Assembly (NCBI GenBank): GCA_039938515.1
Contig: JBDUUL010000001.1
Coordinates: 107,760 to 171,759, forward strand
Source: Nitrososphaera sp.
Lineage (GTDB): Archaea > Thermoproteota > Nitrososphaeria > Nitrososphaerales > Nitrososphaeraceae
Direction: 5' to 3'
Length of the DNA stretch: 64,000 nt
Made by a program: the position numbers and the translations under genes. Shown in pieces: positions 1-9,678 of the stretch. The notes under the pieces are model-generated. The model had not been told where the DNA came from. It searched no databases and worked only from the letters and a program-made list of their open reading frames with translations. Within the stretch, counting starts at the first letter, position 1, and each line of letters starts with the position of its first letter.

Positions 1-430
1 CCCGGTACGATTCATTCACGACCTTTTCTGGATCGATGTATTTGGCAAGGTACGAGGAGACTACGGCGTCAAACAAGTCTTCGCGAAACGGGAGCGACTC
101 GGCAGTGCCCTGAGCGGCCGGCACTCCTATTTTTCTCTCAAAAGCGAAGAGGAACTCCCTGGTCAAATCCAACCCTGCAAGCACTGAAATGTTCTCGTCG
201 CGAAGATGCTGTGAAAGTATTCCAGTACCGCACGCAAGATCCAACACCGCGGACGATGTCCTACTCAGCACCGAAACCTGCTTTTTCCATTTGATATCCT
301 GGTTCAGTGTCGCGCACTTTACCACAAAATCGTATGAGGTCGCAGTCTTGCTTGTAAAGAATCGCCTTGCAGTCCGGTAATCCGCATTCGCCGTCAACGA
401 CTTACTATCTCTATTCAGTCTATTATGCAT
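1..430 (-). CDS. class I SAM-dependent methyltransferase, N-terminal part (gene runs off the left window edge)
   Basis: Absent from the ORF track because the window edge truncates it. My translation of the minus strand from the ATG at 430-428 gives MHNRLNRDSKSLTANADYRTARRFF...SSAVLDLACGTGILSQHLRDE...AESLPFREDLFDAVVSSY. VLDLACGTG is SAM-binding motif I (UbiE/COQ5-like layout). Confidence 0.7.
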   Translation of the reverse strand, partial: MHNRLNRDSKSLTANADYRTARRFFTSKTATSYDFVVKCATLNQDIKWKKQVSVLSRTSSAVLDLACGTGILSQHLRDENISVLAGLDLTREFLFAFERKIGVPAAQGTAESLPFREDLFDAVVSSYLAKYIDPEKVVNESYR

Positions 431-451
431 TAGAATCTGCAGCCGCGTCCG

Positions 452-1198
452 GTGAGAGTTAAATGCCGAGGAGCCGCGTTATTGTTGTTGTACTTTATTA
501 ACTGGCAACGAACGGTGACGGTCGAGAGCAGGCAGGGGGAACAGGTGGTGATCAAGCGCACAAAGAACACCGCCAGATTTCATGAATTTCTGCTGGCCAG
601 TGCCTTCGCGCTCCTATCTGTGTTCTTGTGCCGTCCTTCGAGGCCGCCCGATCTTGCAAATGTTGTCGATAATGAAGGGGCTGAGATGAGAGAATTCCTC
701 GCAAGAATAGGGATACCGACGCCGAAGCTAGTTTTTGTTTCAAGGGAACTGCTGATAGAAGAGTACGTTGCAGGTGGAGACTTTATGAGATGGTTGATTT
801 GCGGAAAAGGTGACGCCGCCCCGCTCTCGTTTGAGGTGGGAAGGCTTACTGGATTAATGCACAAATCCGGACTCGTGTTCAACGACAACAAGGCTCAGAA
901 CTATCTCGTTGGTGAAGGCAACAAAATCGTGCGCACAGACTTGGCATTCATAAAAAAGACCAATTCGCTTTTTTCAAGGAGCATGGACGTGGGTTCATTT
1001 CTGTCTAGCGTAATCGGGCATCAGCAGTATCGAGAAATCGAGGAGCGCTTTTTTAGCGGGTACAAGCAGGAAACCGGACTCGGGTTTCCCTACCTGTCAA
1101 TAATTATTCGCAACATTCTCGCTCTGGGCATTTCGTCGGACATTATGGACGCTGCAAAGAATATGCTTAACAGCTCTGGGCATCTTCTCTCGGTCTAA
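452..1198 (+). CDS. protein-kinase-like fold protein (RIO/Bud32/lipid-kinase-like), GTG start
   Basis: 248-aa ORF. LVFNDNKAQNYLV resembles a kinase catalytic loop and IVRTDLAF resembles a DFG-like metal-binding segment. A TATA-like tattatgc lies about 26 nt upstream of the GTG. Subfamily not assignable. Confidence 0.5.
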   Translation: MRVKCRGAALLLLYFINWQRTVTVESRQGEQVVIKRTKNTARFHEFLLASAFALLSVFLCRPSRPPDLANVVDNEGAEMREFLARIGIPTPKLVFVSRELLIEEYVAGGDFMRWLICGKGDAAPLSFEVGRLTGLMHKSGLVFNDNKAQNYLVGEGNKIVRTDLAFIKKTNSLFSRSMDVGSFLSSVIGHQQYREIEERFFSGYKQETGLGFPYLSIIIRNILALGISSDIMDAAKNMLNSSGHLLSV

Positions 1199-1602
1199 AT
1201 GGGCGGAAGCTCTGCTTTCTTGTCAAACCCGCCGGAACCAAACTTACAGTAAAAACACTGGTCTGACTGCATGTAGGTCAATTTCAGAATAGTGATTGCT
1301 CCAACTTTGAGCGCCAATTTGGTCATGAAACGGTATTTGAACGGCATTGAAGGTATCACTTCGTTAAAGTACACGTCGTAGTGATCGGGGCAGAACTTTA
1401 GGGTAATCTGTGCCTTCTGGCGATACTCCTGCTCAACGTTGTCGTTATTCTCGCTAATGGTCTTGGCGACGTTGATTTGTTCTCTAATGTATTCATGCTT
1501 GGGGCAGGGACAATCCTTTCCGCCTGGGTGCTTGTATGCAGGCGTATTCTTCCAATCAAAGTCAGGATAATTTCGTTCGAAATCGTCCATGCTAGGCGGC
1601 AA
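1195..1602 (-). CDS. hypothetical protein, Cys/His-containing
   Basis: 135-aa ORF with a CPCPKH segment and a C-terminal CFYC segment. An internal ATG (MDDFERN) is the likelier start. No family recognised. Confidence 0.5.
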   Translation of the reverse strand: MPPSMDDFERNYPDFDWKNTPAYKHPGGKDCPCPKHEYIREQINVAKTISENNDNVEQEYRQKAQITLKFCPDHYDVYFNEVIPSMPFKYRFMTKLALKVGAITILKLTYMQSDQCFYCKFGSGGFDKKAELPPI

Positions 1603-1749
1603 TCTTATGCTTTCGTTAGCTTATAAACCTGTTTGATTAGGTAACGAAACCGGCCACTCTCAGGTCCTGAAATTTGGGAAGAAAACTTCTCGTACGGGGC
1701 TCGCATGAAAATAAATATATGGTTGAACCTGTAACAAGCCGTAAGCGAC

Positions 1750-2760
1750 GTGGTGCGAGACCAGCATAGCGATAGCGGCGCCGCGGCTTTGACAACTGCT
1801 GCCGCTCCTTCTGCTAATAATAATTCCGGTAATTCCCACGACTCCGACCCGAATCTTAAGACTCTTCTGGACTTCAAGAAGAGCGTCCAGGAAGAGCAAA
1901 AGCTAGCGGATAAGCGAATCCAAGAAATCAATGCTAGTCTCGAAGCTGTAAAGAAACAAATCGACGAAGAACGAGCACAGCTTGACGATCTGCGGGCCCG
2001 ACTGAAGCAGGTCAACGAAGAAAAAGACGTTGACTATCCAAAGTTTGTCGAATTGAGGATGAGTTTGGCCGATGCCAAAAGCCAGATGAAGACGCTGGAC
2101 GACAAGGTTGGCGGGGCAGTCGCAGCCAAATCACGCAGGGACAGGCTAGACATTCAGAACCTGACGAAATCCTTGGAGCAAATCGAGAGAGACATTCAAA
2201 CAAAAAAGCTTTCCAAGGACGAGGAGAGAAAACTCGTTACACGATCTAAGGAAATCGCAACCAAACTCCACACCTTGAAACTGATGCACAAAAAAGAGGA
2301 TCACTATCGTTCTATATCCGCACAATACGATGGCCTCAAGGACAAGGTCCGGGACATTTTCAGAAGAAAAGAGGAGTATGGAAACAAGATAGGCAAACTG
2401 AAGGAGAGCCTATCGACTCTTGTGAACCAGAGAGAAAACCTTTACGAGGAAAGAAGAGGAGCCATTCATACCGTACGTGAGTCAACGGCAAAACTCGAGA
2501 TGATAGACACACAGCTCAACGCTATCCACTACAAAAAGACCCGAATGCAGGCGGCCGAATACCGGCAGAGGCGGCAGAAAGAGACCGACGAGCGAAGGGT
2601 TGCAAGGCAGGAGGCAATGCAGGAACGCGCAAAGAGGGACAAAGAGTACATGGACAGGTGGAATACCCTCAAAGAGGCAGCGATGAAAAAGATGTCGAGT
2701 GGCGAAAAACTCACGTTCGATGAAATGAAGCTTATCTTTGGCGACAGCAGTTCGGAGTAA
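1750..2760 (+). CDS. conserved archaeal coiled-coil protein
   Basis: 336 aa and very rich in K/E/R/L/Q heptad-like sequence (LEAVKKQIDEERAQLDDLRARLKQVNEEK...). GTG start about 30 nt downstream of ataaatatat (1711-1720). Confidence 0.7.
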   Translation: MVRDQHSDSGAAALTTAAAPSANNNSGNSHDSDPNLKTLLDFKKSVQEEQKLADKRIQEINASLEAVKKQIDEERAQLDDLRARLKQVNEEKDVDYPKFVELRMSLADAKSQMKTLDDKVGGAVAAKSRRDRLDIQNLTKSLEQIERDIQTKKLSKDEERKLVTRSKEIATKLHTLKLMHKKEDHYRSISAQYDGLKDKVRDIFRRKEEYGNKIGKLKESLSTLVNQRENLYEERRGAIHTVRESTAKLEMIDTQLNAIHYKKTRMQAAEYRQRRQKETDERRVARQEAMQERAKRDKEYMDRWNTLKEAAMKKMSSGEKLTFDEMKLIFGDSSSE

Positions 2761-2816
2761 TACCCACCCTTCTGTTCAGATAGCTTTTTCTGACGCTTTG
2801 CAATTCGGTAAACCAT

Positions 2817-3080
2817 ATGGAATCCGACAGAATTGATTACACCGGAAAGGTGTACGTCTATAGCAGCGGGTTCCCGAGCGAAGCAGTGGCAGCCGCTAGG
2901 GAGAAATTGGTCGAATACGGTGTGAAAGACGATGACATGGAGATTATCGAGGTCCCTGAAGGTGTTCCCGAGGGCTGCGTGATGGTGACTATTTGGCCCC
3001 ACTACTTGTCGGTTTCACGGGTAAAAAGAGTCCGAGACGGGTCAATCTATGCCCCCCAGCTGTTTAACATCCAGTTGTGA
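2817..3080 (+). CDS. small hypothetical protein
   Basis: 87-aa ORF in a gap between credible genes. No motif recognised. Confidence 0.4.
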   Translation: MESDRIDYTGKVYVYSSGFPSEAVAAAREKLVEYGVKDDDMEIIEVPEGVPEGCVMVTIWPHYLSVSRVKRVRDGSIYAPQLFNIQL

Positions 3081-3325
3081 GCACAACCGTTAAATCATTC
3101 TGAACACCTCATCTTGCCGTAAGTGGAGACTTTTTTCTGTAAGCGTGAAAGGCACGATGACTGTCCTGGTGAGTGGGCGGTAAACGAGGCTTGTGCTCCC
3201 AACCATGACTGCTCCTTTGACGTTCAGCTTGTCAAGTGCCAATGTGCCTGCCACAGTAAGCAGGCTGGTACAGGAAAACTTAATTGAGCATCCGGCTACC
3301 CGGAGCATTGCCTGCCGACTGCTAA

Positions 3326-4471
3326 ATGGAATACATAGTTTCTCTCTTGCAACAACTAGGCCCTGGTCCGAACAGCCAATTTGACCCATCAAGCCCTTGG
3401 ATGTACGTATACATCGTGTCGCTTGCCGTGATTCCAGTTTTCATGCTATATGGGCAGAAAATGCAGTCCAAAGTAATACTAAATGACGTTTCAAAATCGT
3501 TATTCAAGTTAAAGAAAATGAAAGAAGACGCCCGAGTCGAGGCGCTCGACTATGTGAGGAATTCCATCCGTCCTGCCTCTGACCCTTCAAAAAGCATCGA
3601 CAAATTCCTGGAATACTTTACTATAATGCCCGTGGACATGGATCCAAATGGCCTCATGCGAAAGCTGGAGCACATCATGAGGACTAGGGACGATCGTATG
3701 CGTGCAGAAGTGCAAAAGTTATGCTCCGGCGCCAGCTCAGAACAGTTGAGCAGGGTGGAGAACATCCTCGAAGCGGCAACTGCTCTTAACATGATCTACA
3801 AAGTGGTCCGTCACTTTTACCTGATGGGCAAGAGGACCACAAGCATGTTTGTGCTCGTCCAGCTCCAGATGGCGATGCCTATCCTGCTGGAACAGGCCAC
3901 CGCGCTCCAGAAGGCTATCGGCACATTTGAAAAGGGTCAGCCGATAGGCGATGGCATCGGGCCCATGGTCGTTGGTCAGATGATGCTGGGACGAGAGAAG
4001 AAGTTTGCGGCAAAGGAGACAGTATACTCGACTGTCGATCTCTATGGCCGCAAGCTCTACCTTTTGAAGGCGGAGGGCCCGTCAGGCTCCGTCGGTCGAC
4101 CCGGAGAGGCGATAGTTCGGCTTGCCCGGGACCTGGGTATTCGTTTTAGCGCGGTTGTCATGATCGATGCAGCGCTCAAACTGGAGGGCGAGAAAACCGG
4201 TGAGGTGGCAGAAGGCATCGGTGCTGCAATTGGCGGCATTGGCGTGGAAAAATATCAGATCGAGGAGGTGACGACGCGGCTTGATATCCCTCTGTTTGCC
4301 ATAGTCGTCAAGCAGTCGGTTGAAGATGCGATAACGCTAATGCGCAAGGAAATATTTGATTCATTGGGGCAAGTGACGGAAACTCTGAACAGCGTGATTC
4401 AGGAAAAGACCCAAGACGGGGATGCGGTGCTTGTGGTGGGCGTCGGCAACACAATGGGTGTAGGCCAGTAG
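3326..4471 (+). CDS. conserved archaeal membrane-anchored protein (possibly DUF1512 family; name from memory, unverified)
   Basis: 381 aa. An N-terminal hydrophobic helix (YVYIVSLAVIPVFMLYG) is followed by a soluble domain with a Gly-rich GIGAAIGGIGVEK segment. Confidence 0.6.
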   Translation: MEYIVSLLQQLGPGPNSQFDPSSPWMYVYIVSLAVIPVFMLYGQKMQSKVILNDVSKSLFKLKKMKEDARVEALDYVRNSIRPASDPSKSIDKFLEYFTIMPVDMDPNGLMRKLEHIMRTRDDRMRAEVQKLCSGASSEQLSRVENILEAATALNMIYKVVRHFYLMGKRTTSMFVLVQLQMAMPILLEQATALQKAIGTFEKGQPIGDGIGPMVVGQMMLGREKKFAAKETVYSTVDLYGRKLYLLKAEGPSGSVGRPGEAIVRLARDLGIRFSAVVMIDAALKLEGEKTGEVAEGIGAAIGGIGVEKYQIEEVTTRLDIPLFAIVVKQSVEDAITLMRKEIFDSLGQVTETLNSVIQEKTQDGDAVLVVGVGNTMGVGQ

Positions 4472-4491
4472 GTCGGGGGACTGATTGGGAA

Positions 4492-4698
4492 ATGCTCTTT
4501 GGAAAAAAGAAAGAGGATCCTCCGCGGGTTTACACAGAGGAGACCTGTGGCAAATGCGGAGAAAAGATACGGCGATCATTTCAAGAAGGCGACTTTGTGT
4601 TCAGGAAACTCGACGCGGAATGCTCCAAATGCTCGTCAACTGAGCTTATGATAACCGGGATTTACGGGGAATATCCCGCCAGGCACGACGATTATTGA
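4492..4698 (+). CDS. small zinc-ribbon protein
   Basis: 68 aa with CGKCGEK ... CSKCSS, two CxxC pairs. Lies immediately downstream of the previous gene. Confidence 0.55.
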   Translation: MLFGKKKEDPPRVYTEETCGKCGEKIRRSFQEGDFVFRKLDAECSKCSSTELMITGIYGEYPARHDDY

Positions 4699-5609
4699 CT
4701 CTGTGAGCCCTGTCTGAGCTCCGTAATGACGTATGAACCAGACTCCGACGGGATGATGGTATGCTCTGCCTGGACGACGGGCTTGCCCTGCCCTTCAACC
4801 AGAATGGGGTAGGCATGGATGTTCCGCCGCTTCAGGAGCACGTCTATGAGCCTTCTCGTCCTGGATTCATCTTCGATATCAACAAGCCAGCGGAGCGCAA
4901 AGGGAAGCGTCTTGTACCTCTGCCAAATCTTGTTAAGCAGTTCGTCCGCGTCGGCTTCTTTGGACGGCTTGCGCGAGGTTATGCCAAAAATATTCTTGAC
5001 CCTTCCGTCATAGACTACTCCCTGTCCTTCCTTTGTAGTCGCAAACGGCTCGATTGCGTAAGCCTCGTTGGCAAGCAGTGCAAATGAGGCTCCGATCGTT
5101 CTGATGTTAGGGATCGATTTTCCTGCGTGGACAGTATATTGCTGAAGCGAGTGGCCGCTAAGGTTCTGGATTGGCTTGAAACCCGACTTTGTTATGACGG
5201 ATTCGATGACTCGTCCTAAGTCGCTTGACTTTGTATTTACGCGTGAAAGCCGCACCGCCTCTGCTAGAGCACTTTCTGCAGCCCTGACCATTGGCTCAAG
5301 CGCCGCATTATAGCAGACAGTGACTGCAGTGTCTGCGATGAATCCTTGGATGTGAACTCCGATATCGATTTTTAGTACGTCGCCCTCTTTAACTGTCGTC
5401 GTATCGTTTGGCTCGGCAGTATAGTGCGCGGCAATTTCATTCAGGCCCGCATTTACCGGAAAAGCGGGCTCACCGCCCATTTCCCTAATTTGCCTTTCAA
5501 TAGAGTCGCAGATTTGGAAAAGCGTGGACCCGACATGATATTTCTTGCGCGCATCTTCGCGCACAGCTGCGGCTATCCTACCGGCGCAAATATAGTGGTC
5601 AAGACTCAC
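4692..5609 (-). CDS. map: methionine aminopeptidase, type 2 (archaeal)
   Basis: 305 aa. Pita-bread fold signatures are present: AHYTAEPND, DVLKIDIGVHIQGFIADTA, LSGHSL, YAIEPFAT. An inserted helical subdomain typical of type-2 MetAP is also present. Confidence 0.92.
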   Translation of the reverse strand: MSLDHYICAGRIAAAVREDARKKYHVGSTLFQICDSIERQIREMGGEPAFPVNAGLNEIAAHYTAEPNDTTTVKEGDVLKIDIGVHIQGFIADTAVTVCYNAALEPMVRAAESALAEAVRLSRVNTKSSDLGRVIESVITKSGFKPIQNLSGHSLQQYTVHAGKSIPNIRTIGASFALLANEAYAIEPFATTKEGQGVVYDGRVKNIFGITSRKPSKEADADELLNKIWQRYKTLPFALRWLVDIEDESRTRRLIDVLLKRRNIHAYPILVEGQGKPVVQAEHTIIPSESGSYVITELRQGSQSQ

Positions 5610-5785
5610 TGGTGGACTATTGCCGGAGTTGGTATAAAGGTTCTACTCAGAGGCGCAGCATGCGTGGATCGATTGCATGCAGCAGCAAATCCGCGTGTCC
5701 AGAAGAATCCACCATGATTTTTGACTGGGACGAGCCACCCTAGTCGTTATAAGGCTGTGAACAGAAGGAAAGCTGCGATTCAGGT

Positions 5786-5986
5786 ATGGGCCAGCACATC
5801 GAAGGAATTTTACAAATGATCGAGGAGATAAGAAGAGAAAGCAGGATCGACCGAAAAGTCGAGCTCTTGTTAAGACTAAATGCTAGCCTTCCAGAATCAA
5901 TGCGGCTCGAAATTCCATCGCTTATCACAAACGACTATATCAATTTCGCCCTTTACAAAATCGAAGAGAGATTGCTCGTCGCTTAG
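5786..5986 (+). CDS. small hypothetical protein
   Basis: 66-aa ORF in an intergenic gap. No motif recognised. Confidence 0.3.
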   Translation: MGQHIEGILQMIEEIRRESRIDRKVELLLRLNASLPESMRLEIPSLITNDYINFALYKIEERLLVA

Positions 5987-6010
5987 ATTTGCCGTGAAGA
6001 CCGGCGGATT

Positions 6011-6715
6011 CTAGCTAAAGTTCTTCCCATAGACAGAGACGAGGGCGCCCAGCTCCAGGGTTGTGACCGGAAGTTCAGCATGCTCCTCCCAATAGTCAAA
6101 GACAGGCGACATCAAGAAACCCTTCTCGCTTGCGACGTGGCCAAGGCCGAGCACGTGTCCGAATTCGTGTCGGGCACTGTTCCGGAAGGCAAATGGCGGC
6201 AACTTTACGACAGTCTTGCCGTCGCCGTGAAGAACTACCGGAGAAAGATAGACGCTGATGTCCAGCAGTGTGTTATTCTGCCGTATTATCGTGTAAGCGC
6301 CTGTTTCTTGGGGGTAGCCGGGGAACTCTGTATAGCTTGCATAGATGTAGACTTTGACATCGCAGGACTTTTGTTCGCTGACTGTCTGGACGTGCCTTGC
6401 GTAGATTGACCAACTCTGGTTTTCACCTGTGTATTCCCTCAATGCTTGGCGCCAGGTCTGAACCTGGAGCTTTGTCCAGACATAGTATGAGTTCGGAACG
6501 GCAGCCTCCTTGAAGATGCATACGTCAATGTTGCCTTTGCCCCAGTGATGAGCTGTTACGGGGACGGATGACTCTGCAAAATCTGTCTGCTCAGAGTAAT
6601 ACTGGGCTGCAAACGCAGAACCGTTGGATACAAGAACAAGTGCAACCAGCAATGCGACCGGGGCTTTCGACCAGACCAGCCGGCCCAGGTGGGCGGGCAA
6701 AGTAGACTCTTTCAT
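6011..6715 (-). CDS. secreted metzincin (matrixin-like) zinc protease
   Basis: 234 aa. N-terminal signal/anchor (VALLVALVLVSNGSAFA). HEFGHVLGLGH matches HExxHxxGxxH, followed by a Met-turn candidate (FLMSP). Confidence 0.8.
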   Translation of the reverse strand: MKESTLPAHLGRLVWSKAPVALLVALVLVSNGSAFAAQYYSEQTDFAESSVPVTAHHWGKGNIDVCIFKEAAVPNSYYVWTKLQVQTWRQALREYTGENQSWSIYARHVQTVSEQKSCDVKVYIYASYTEFPGYPQETGAYTIIRQNNTLLDISVYLSPVVLHGDGKTVVKLPPFAFRNSARHEFGHVLGLGHVASEKGFLMSPVFDYWEEHAELPVTTLELGALVSVYGKNFS

Positions 6716-6763
6716 CAGAAAAGCATCAGTTCAGGTTGAATAGGCCGTAATGCAATAAATGCT

Positions 6764-6770
6764 TTTTAAA
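6764..6770 (+). promoter_or_regulatory. TATA-like box for the PIN-KH ATPase gene (leaderless geometry)
   Basis: ttttaaa lies 26 nt upstream of the TTG start at 6796. Confidence 0.35.
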
Positions 6771-6795
6771 GTCATGATGCAAACAAGTTCTTGGA

Positions 6796-8625
6796 TTGCA
6801 TTACAAGAAGTACGTCCTTGACACTAGCGTGATAATCGATGGTGAAATTACGAAAATGCTAGAGTCGGGCGGTATCGGAGAACATAGCGAAATTGTCATA
6901 CCGCTTGCCGTTCTGGACGAGCTCCAGTCACAAGCATCGACAAACAAGGAGCACGGGTTTGTGGGGCTTGACGAAATAAAAAAAATGAGAGAGCTTGCAT
7001 CGGCGCGGAAGGTCACCCTTCGGTTTGTTGGTGAGCGACCGAGTATCGACGATATCCGGCTGGCAAAACACGGCCGTATTGACGCCATAATCAAGGACGT
7101 GGCGATGCAGGAATCAGCGACCCTGATTACTGCAGACTACGTCCAGGCGCTTGTGGCCGAAGCACAGGGCATCAGTGCGATGCATATCCGCCTGCCCACC
7201 AAAACAACCGACCTTGCCTTTGAGAAATATTTTGACAATGACACGATGAGCGTCCATCTGAAGGAGGGAGTAGTTCCTACCGCCAAGCGCGGCAAACCCG
7301 GCAAATTCGAGCTCGTGCGGATAGGAGAGGTCGCCTCGACGTACGGGGAGCTGACAAGGATTATCAAAGAAATTTCCGAGGCAAGCCGGGTTTCAGGGAA
7401 AGGGTCCGTTGAAATAAGCCGAAGCGGCGCGACGGTGATTCAGTTCGGGAATTTCCGAATTGCCATTACCCGCACCCCCTTTTCAGACGCGCTCGAAGTT
7501 ACGATAGTTCGGCCGATTGTTCGGTTGCAGCTTGGGGACTATAATGTGAGCCAGAAGTTGATGGAACGTCTCTCGGGCAAGGCCGAAGGTGTCATTATAG
7601 CCGGTCCGCCGGGCTCCGGCAAAAGCACACTCGCAAGCTCTTTGGCAGAATTCTATTCGGGCAGGGGTAAAATCGTCAAGACATTCGAGTCTCCGCGCGA
7701 CCTGCAGGTCCCTCGTGAAGTTACCCAATACGGGCCTCTGGAGGGGAGTTTTGAAAAAGCTGTCGACATTCTGCTTCTTGTGAGGCCAGATTACACAATC
7801 TTTGACGAGGTCCGGCGCAAGCAGGACTTTGAGGTCTTTGCGGATATGAGGCTTGCAGGGGTGGGGATGGTCGGCGTGGTGCACGCAAGCAGTCCACTTG
7901 ACGCGGTTCAGCGGTTTATGGGAAGGGTTGAGCTTGGAATGATTCCCCACATACTTGACACGATTATTTTTGTAAAAGACGGAAGGATTGGCAAGGTGTT
8001 CGAGCTCACACTCACGGTCAAGGTGCCGTCTGGGATGACTGAAGCAGACCTGGCACGGCCGCTAGTCGAGGTCAAGGACTTTGAAACCGGGAAGGTCGAA
8101 TACGAGATCTACACCTTTGGCGAAGAAAATGTTGTGGTGCCCACCGAAAATGTTGCAACTGGCACAAAGGATTCAGGGGGTGTCAAAAGGCTTGCTGAAT
8201 CGCGGATTTTGGACTCTGTAAGACGATTCGATCCCCGCGCTGAAGTTAACATTCTTTCGGAAAACCGTGTTCAGGTCAAAGTGAGCAAGGAAGCTGCGCC
8301 TAGGATCATTGGCAGAGGCGGGGCGACCGTTTCCGAACTTGAGCAAGAACTCGGCGTCAAGATAGATGTCGAAACCAAGACCCCAGCTCTGGGGAAGGAG
8401 CTGGAGTTTGAGATCAGCGAGGCCGGCTCTTCAGTTACGGTACTGCTAAACGAAGAGTCAATTGGCCGGACCGTTGACATCTATATCGACGACGAATACG
8501 TCATGAGCAACCAGGTGGGCAAAAAGGCTCGAGTAAAGGTGGACAAGAGGTCGGAGGCGGGCAAAAAACTAGTAAACGCAGAGCTTTCCGGACAGGAAGT
8601 CAAGGTCTTTTTGAGCCGCCACTGA
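6796..8625 (+). CDS. PIN-domain / PilT-like ATPase / KH-domain protein
   Basis: 609 aa. PIN N-terminus (VLDTSVIIDGE). Walker A (GPPGSGKST). C-terminal KH GxxG (IIGRGGATVSELE). TTG start 26 nt downstream of ttttaaa (6764-6770). Confidence 0.88.
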   Translation: MHYKKYVLDTSVIIDGEITKMLESGGIGEHSEIVIPLAVLDELQSQASTNKEHGFVGLDEIKKMRELASARKVTLRFVGERPSIDDIRLAKHGRIDAIIKDVAMQESATLITADYVQALVAEAQGISAMHIRLPTKTTDLAFEKYFDNDTMSVHLKEGVVPTAKRGKPGKFELVRIGEVASTYGELTRIIKEISEASRVSGKGSVEISRSGATVIQFGNFRIAITRTPFSDALEVTIVRPIVRLQLGDYNVSQKLMERLSGKAEGVIIAGPPGSGKSTLASSLAEFYSGRGKIVKTFESPRDLQVPREVTQYGPLEGSFEKAVDILLLVRPDYTIFDEVRRKQDFEVFADMRLAGVGMVGVVHASSPLDAVQRFMGRVELGMIPHILDTIIFVKDGRIGKVFELTLTVKVPSGMTEADLARPLVEVKDFETGKVEYEIYTFGEENVVVPTENVATGTKDSGGVKRLAESRILDSVRRFDPRAEVNILSENRVQVKVSKEAAPRIIGRGGATVSELEQELGVKIDVETKTPALGKELEFEISEAGSSVTVLLNEESIGRTVDIYIDDEYVMSNQVGKKARVKVDKRSEAGKKLVNAELSGQEVKVFLSRH

Positions 8626-8632
8626 GCCGGAC

Positions 8633-9478
8633 ATGCGCGCCAAGATTCCCGCCGCCAAGGATCAATCAAGAATTGTCAGCCGTACATCGCTTTTTGAGGA
8701 GGCTTCCCACCTCTGCTCAATTCTGAGCGACCCTTCAATTCTAGTCGTGGATTGCCGCAGCTTTGCAGAATACTCGCAGTCGCACATACTCCATGCAGTA
8801 AATATAGACCTGATGCAGTTTCACTGGATCGATACCAGCGCCAGCGGCATAAGGGGATTTAACGCCCAGGCAATACGGCTTTTGTCAAATCTCGGAGTAT
8901 CCGACGGTAAGAAGGTGATCTTTTATGACAATATTTCTGGCTCGGCCGCAGCTCGAGGGGTGTGGCTTTTGCTTTATTTCTCACATCAAAACGTGAGCAT
9001 TCTTGACGGAGGATTCGATAGATGGAAGAAGCTGGGCTACCCTGTCGAGCGAACTACAAATCCATTCAAGCCTGCGCGGTTTAGGGGAAGGCCTGACAGG
9101 CGCCTTTTGACAACCAAAGCTGACCTGACAAGAATTATCAAGGACAAAACAGGCGTGGTGATTGATGCAAGATCAGCTCTTGAATACTCCGGCAAGGTAG
9201 TACGAGCTGCGAGGGCAGGTCACATACCCGGCGCGCTAAACATTGAATGGACCCGCAACCTTTCAGGCGGGAGTTTCAAGCATCTCGACAAGCTCGGGCG
9301 ACTTTACTCCGCTATTCCAAAGAACACTCGGGTGGTTACATATTGCCAGGGTGGTTACCGTGCTGCAAACAGTTTTGTCGCGCTTCGAGAAATGGGCTAC
9401 AGGGACGTAAGCATGTACCTTGGATCCTGGGGCGAATGGGGAAACGAGCTGAACTTGCCGACAAGTGGTGGGGCGTGA
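8633..9478 (+). CDS. tandem-rhodanese sulfurtransferase
   Basis: 281 aa with two rhodanese modules. The second carries the active-site loop YCQGGYRA. The first has CRSFAEYSQSHI. Confidence 0.85.
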   Translation: MRAKIPAAKDQSRIVSRTSLFEEASHLCSILSDPSILVVDCRSFAEYSQSHILHAVNIDLMQFHWIDTSASGIRGFNAQAIRLLSNLGVSDGKKVIFYDNISGSAAARGVWLLLYFSHQNVSILDGGFDRWKKLGYPVERTTNPFKPARFRGRPDRRLLTTKADLTRIIKDKTGVVIDARSALEYSGKVVRAARAGHIPGALNIEWTRNLSGGSFKHLDKLGRLYSAIPKNTRVVTYCQGGYRAANSFVALREMGYRDVSMYLGSWGEWGNELNLPTSGGA

Positions 9479-9613
9479 CCTTTCGGATGACGGCTGAAGT
9501 GTTGGAAGAATGGCAAGTCGCGGAAAATGCGGACAAGGCAGAGGCGAATTCTCGGACTGGTTTTCTTCTAACAAAATATACTGTTAAATAATAGGCGCTG
9601 GAAAGCAAAATTC

Positions 9614-9664
9614 ATGGCGGCTAAGAAGAAAGCAGCGACAAAGAAAAAACCAGCAAAAAAGTAA
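9614..9664 (+). CDS. candidate 16-codon Lys-rich micro-ORF (MAAKKKAATKKKPAKK)
   Basis: ATG 21 nt downstream of ttaaataata (9584-9593). A hairpin and T6 tract follow it. Far below any statistical ORF threshold. Confidence 0.2.
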   Translation: MAAKKKAATKKKPAKK

Positions 9665-9678
9665 GCAAGTAAACTAGA

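Noticed and set aside
552-891. Minus-strand ORFs 552..743 and 580..891
   Set aside because: They lie entirely antisense within the kinase-like CDS. The translations are low-complexity with no motif.
1605-3002. Minus-strand ORFs 1605..2015, 1660..1899, 2012..2203 and 2529..3002
   Set aside because: They are antisense to the coiled-coil CDS. Its AAG/GAA-rich codons automatically give open Ser/Leu/Phe-rich antisense frames.
7483-7950. 155-aa minus-strand ORF inside the PIN-KH ATPase gene (and similar ORFs at 6801..7094, 7137..7367, 8271..8669)
   Set aside because: They overlap a CDS with strong motif support on the other strand and have no motifs of their own.
9247-9608. ORFs 9247..9591 (+), 9263..9574 (-) and 9336..9608 (-)
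   Set aside because: They overlap the rhodanese 3' end in other frames and have Arg/Ser/Pro-rich translations typical of off-frame reading.
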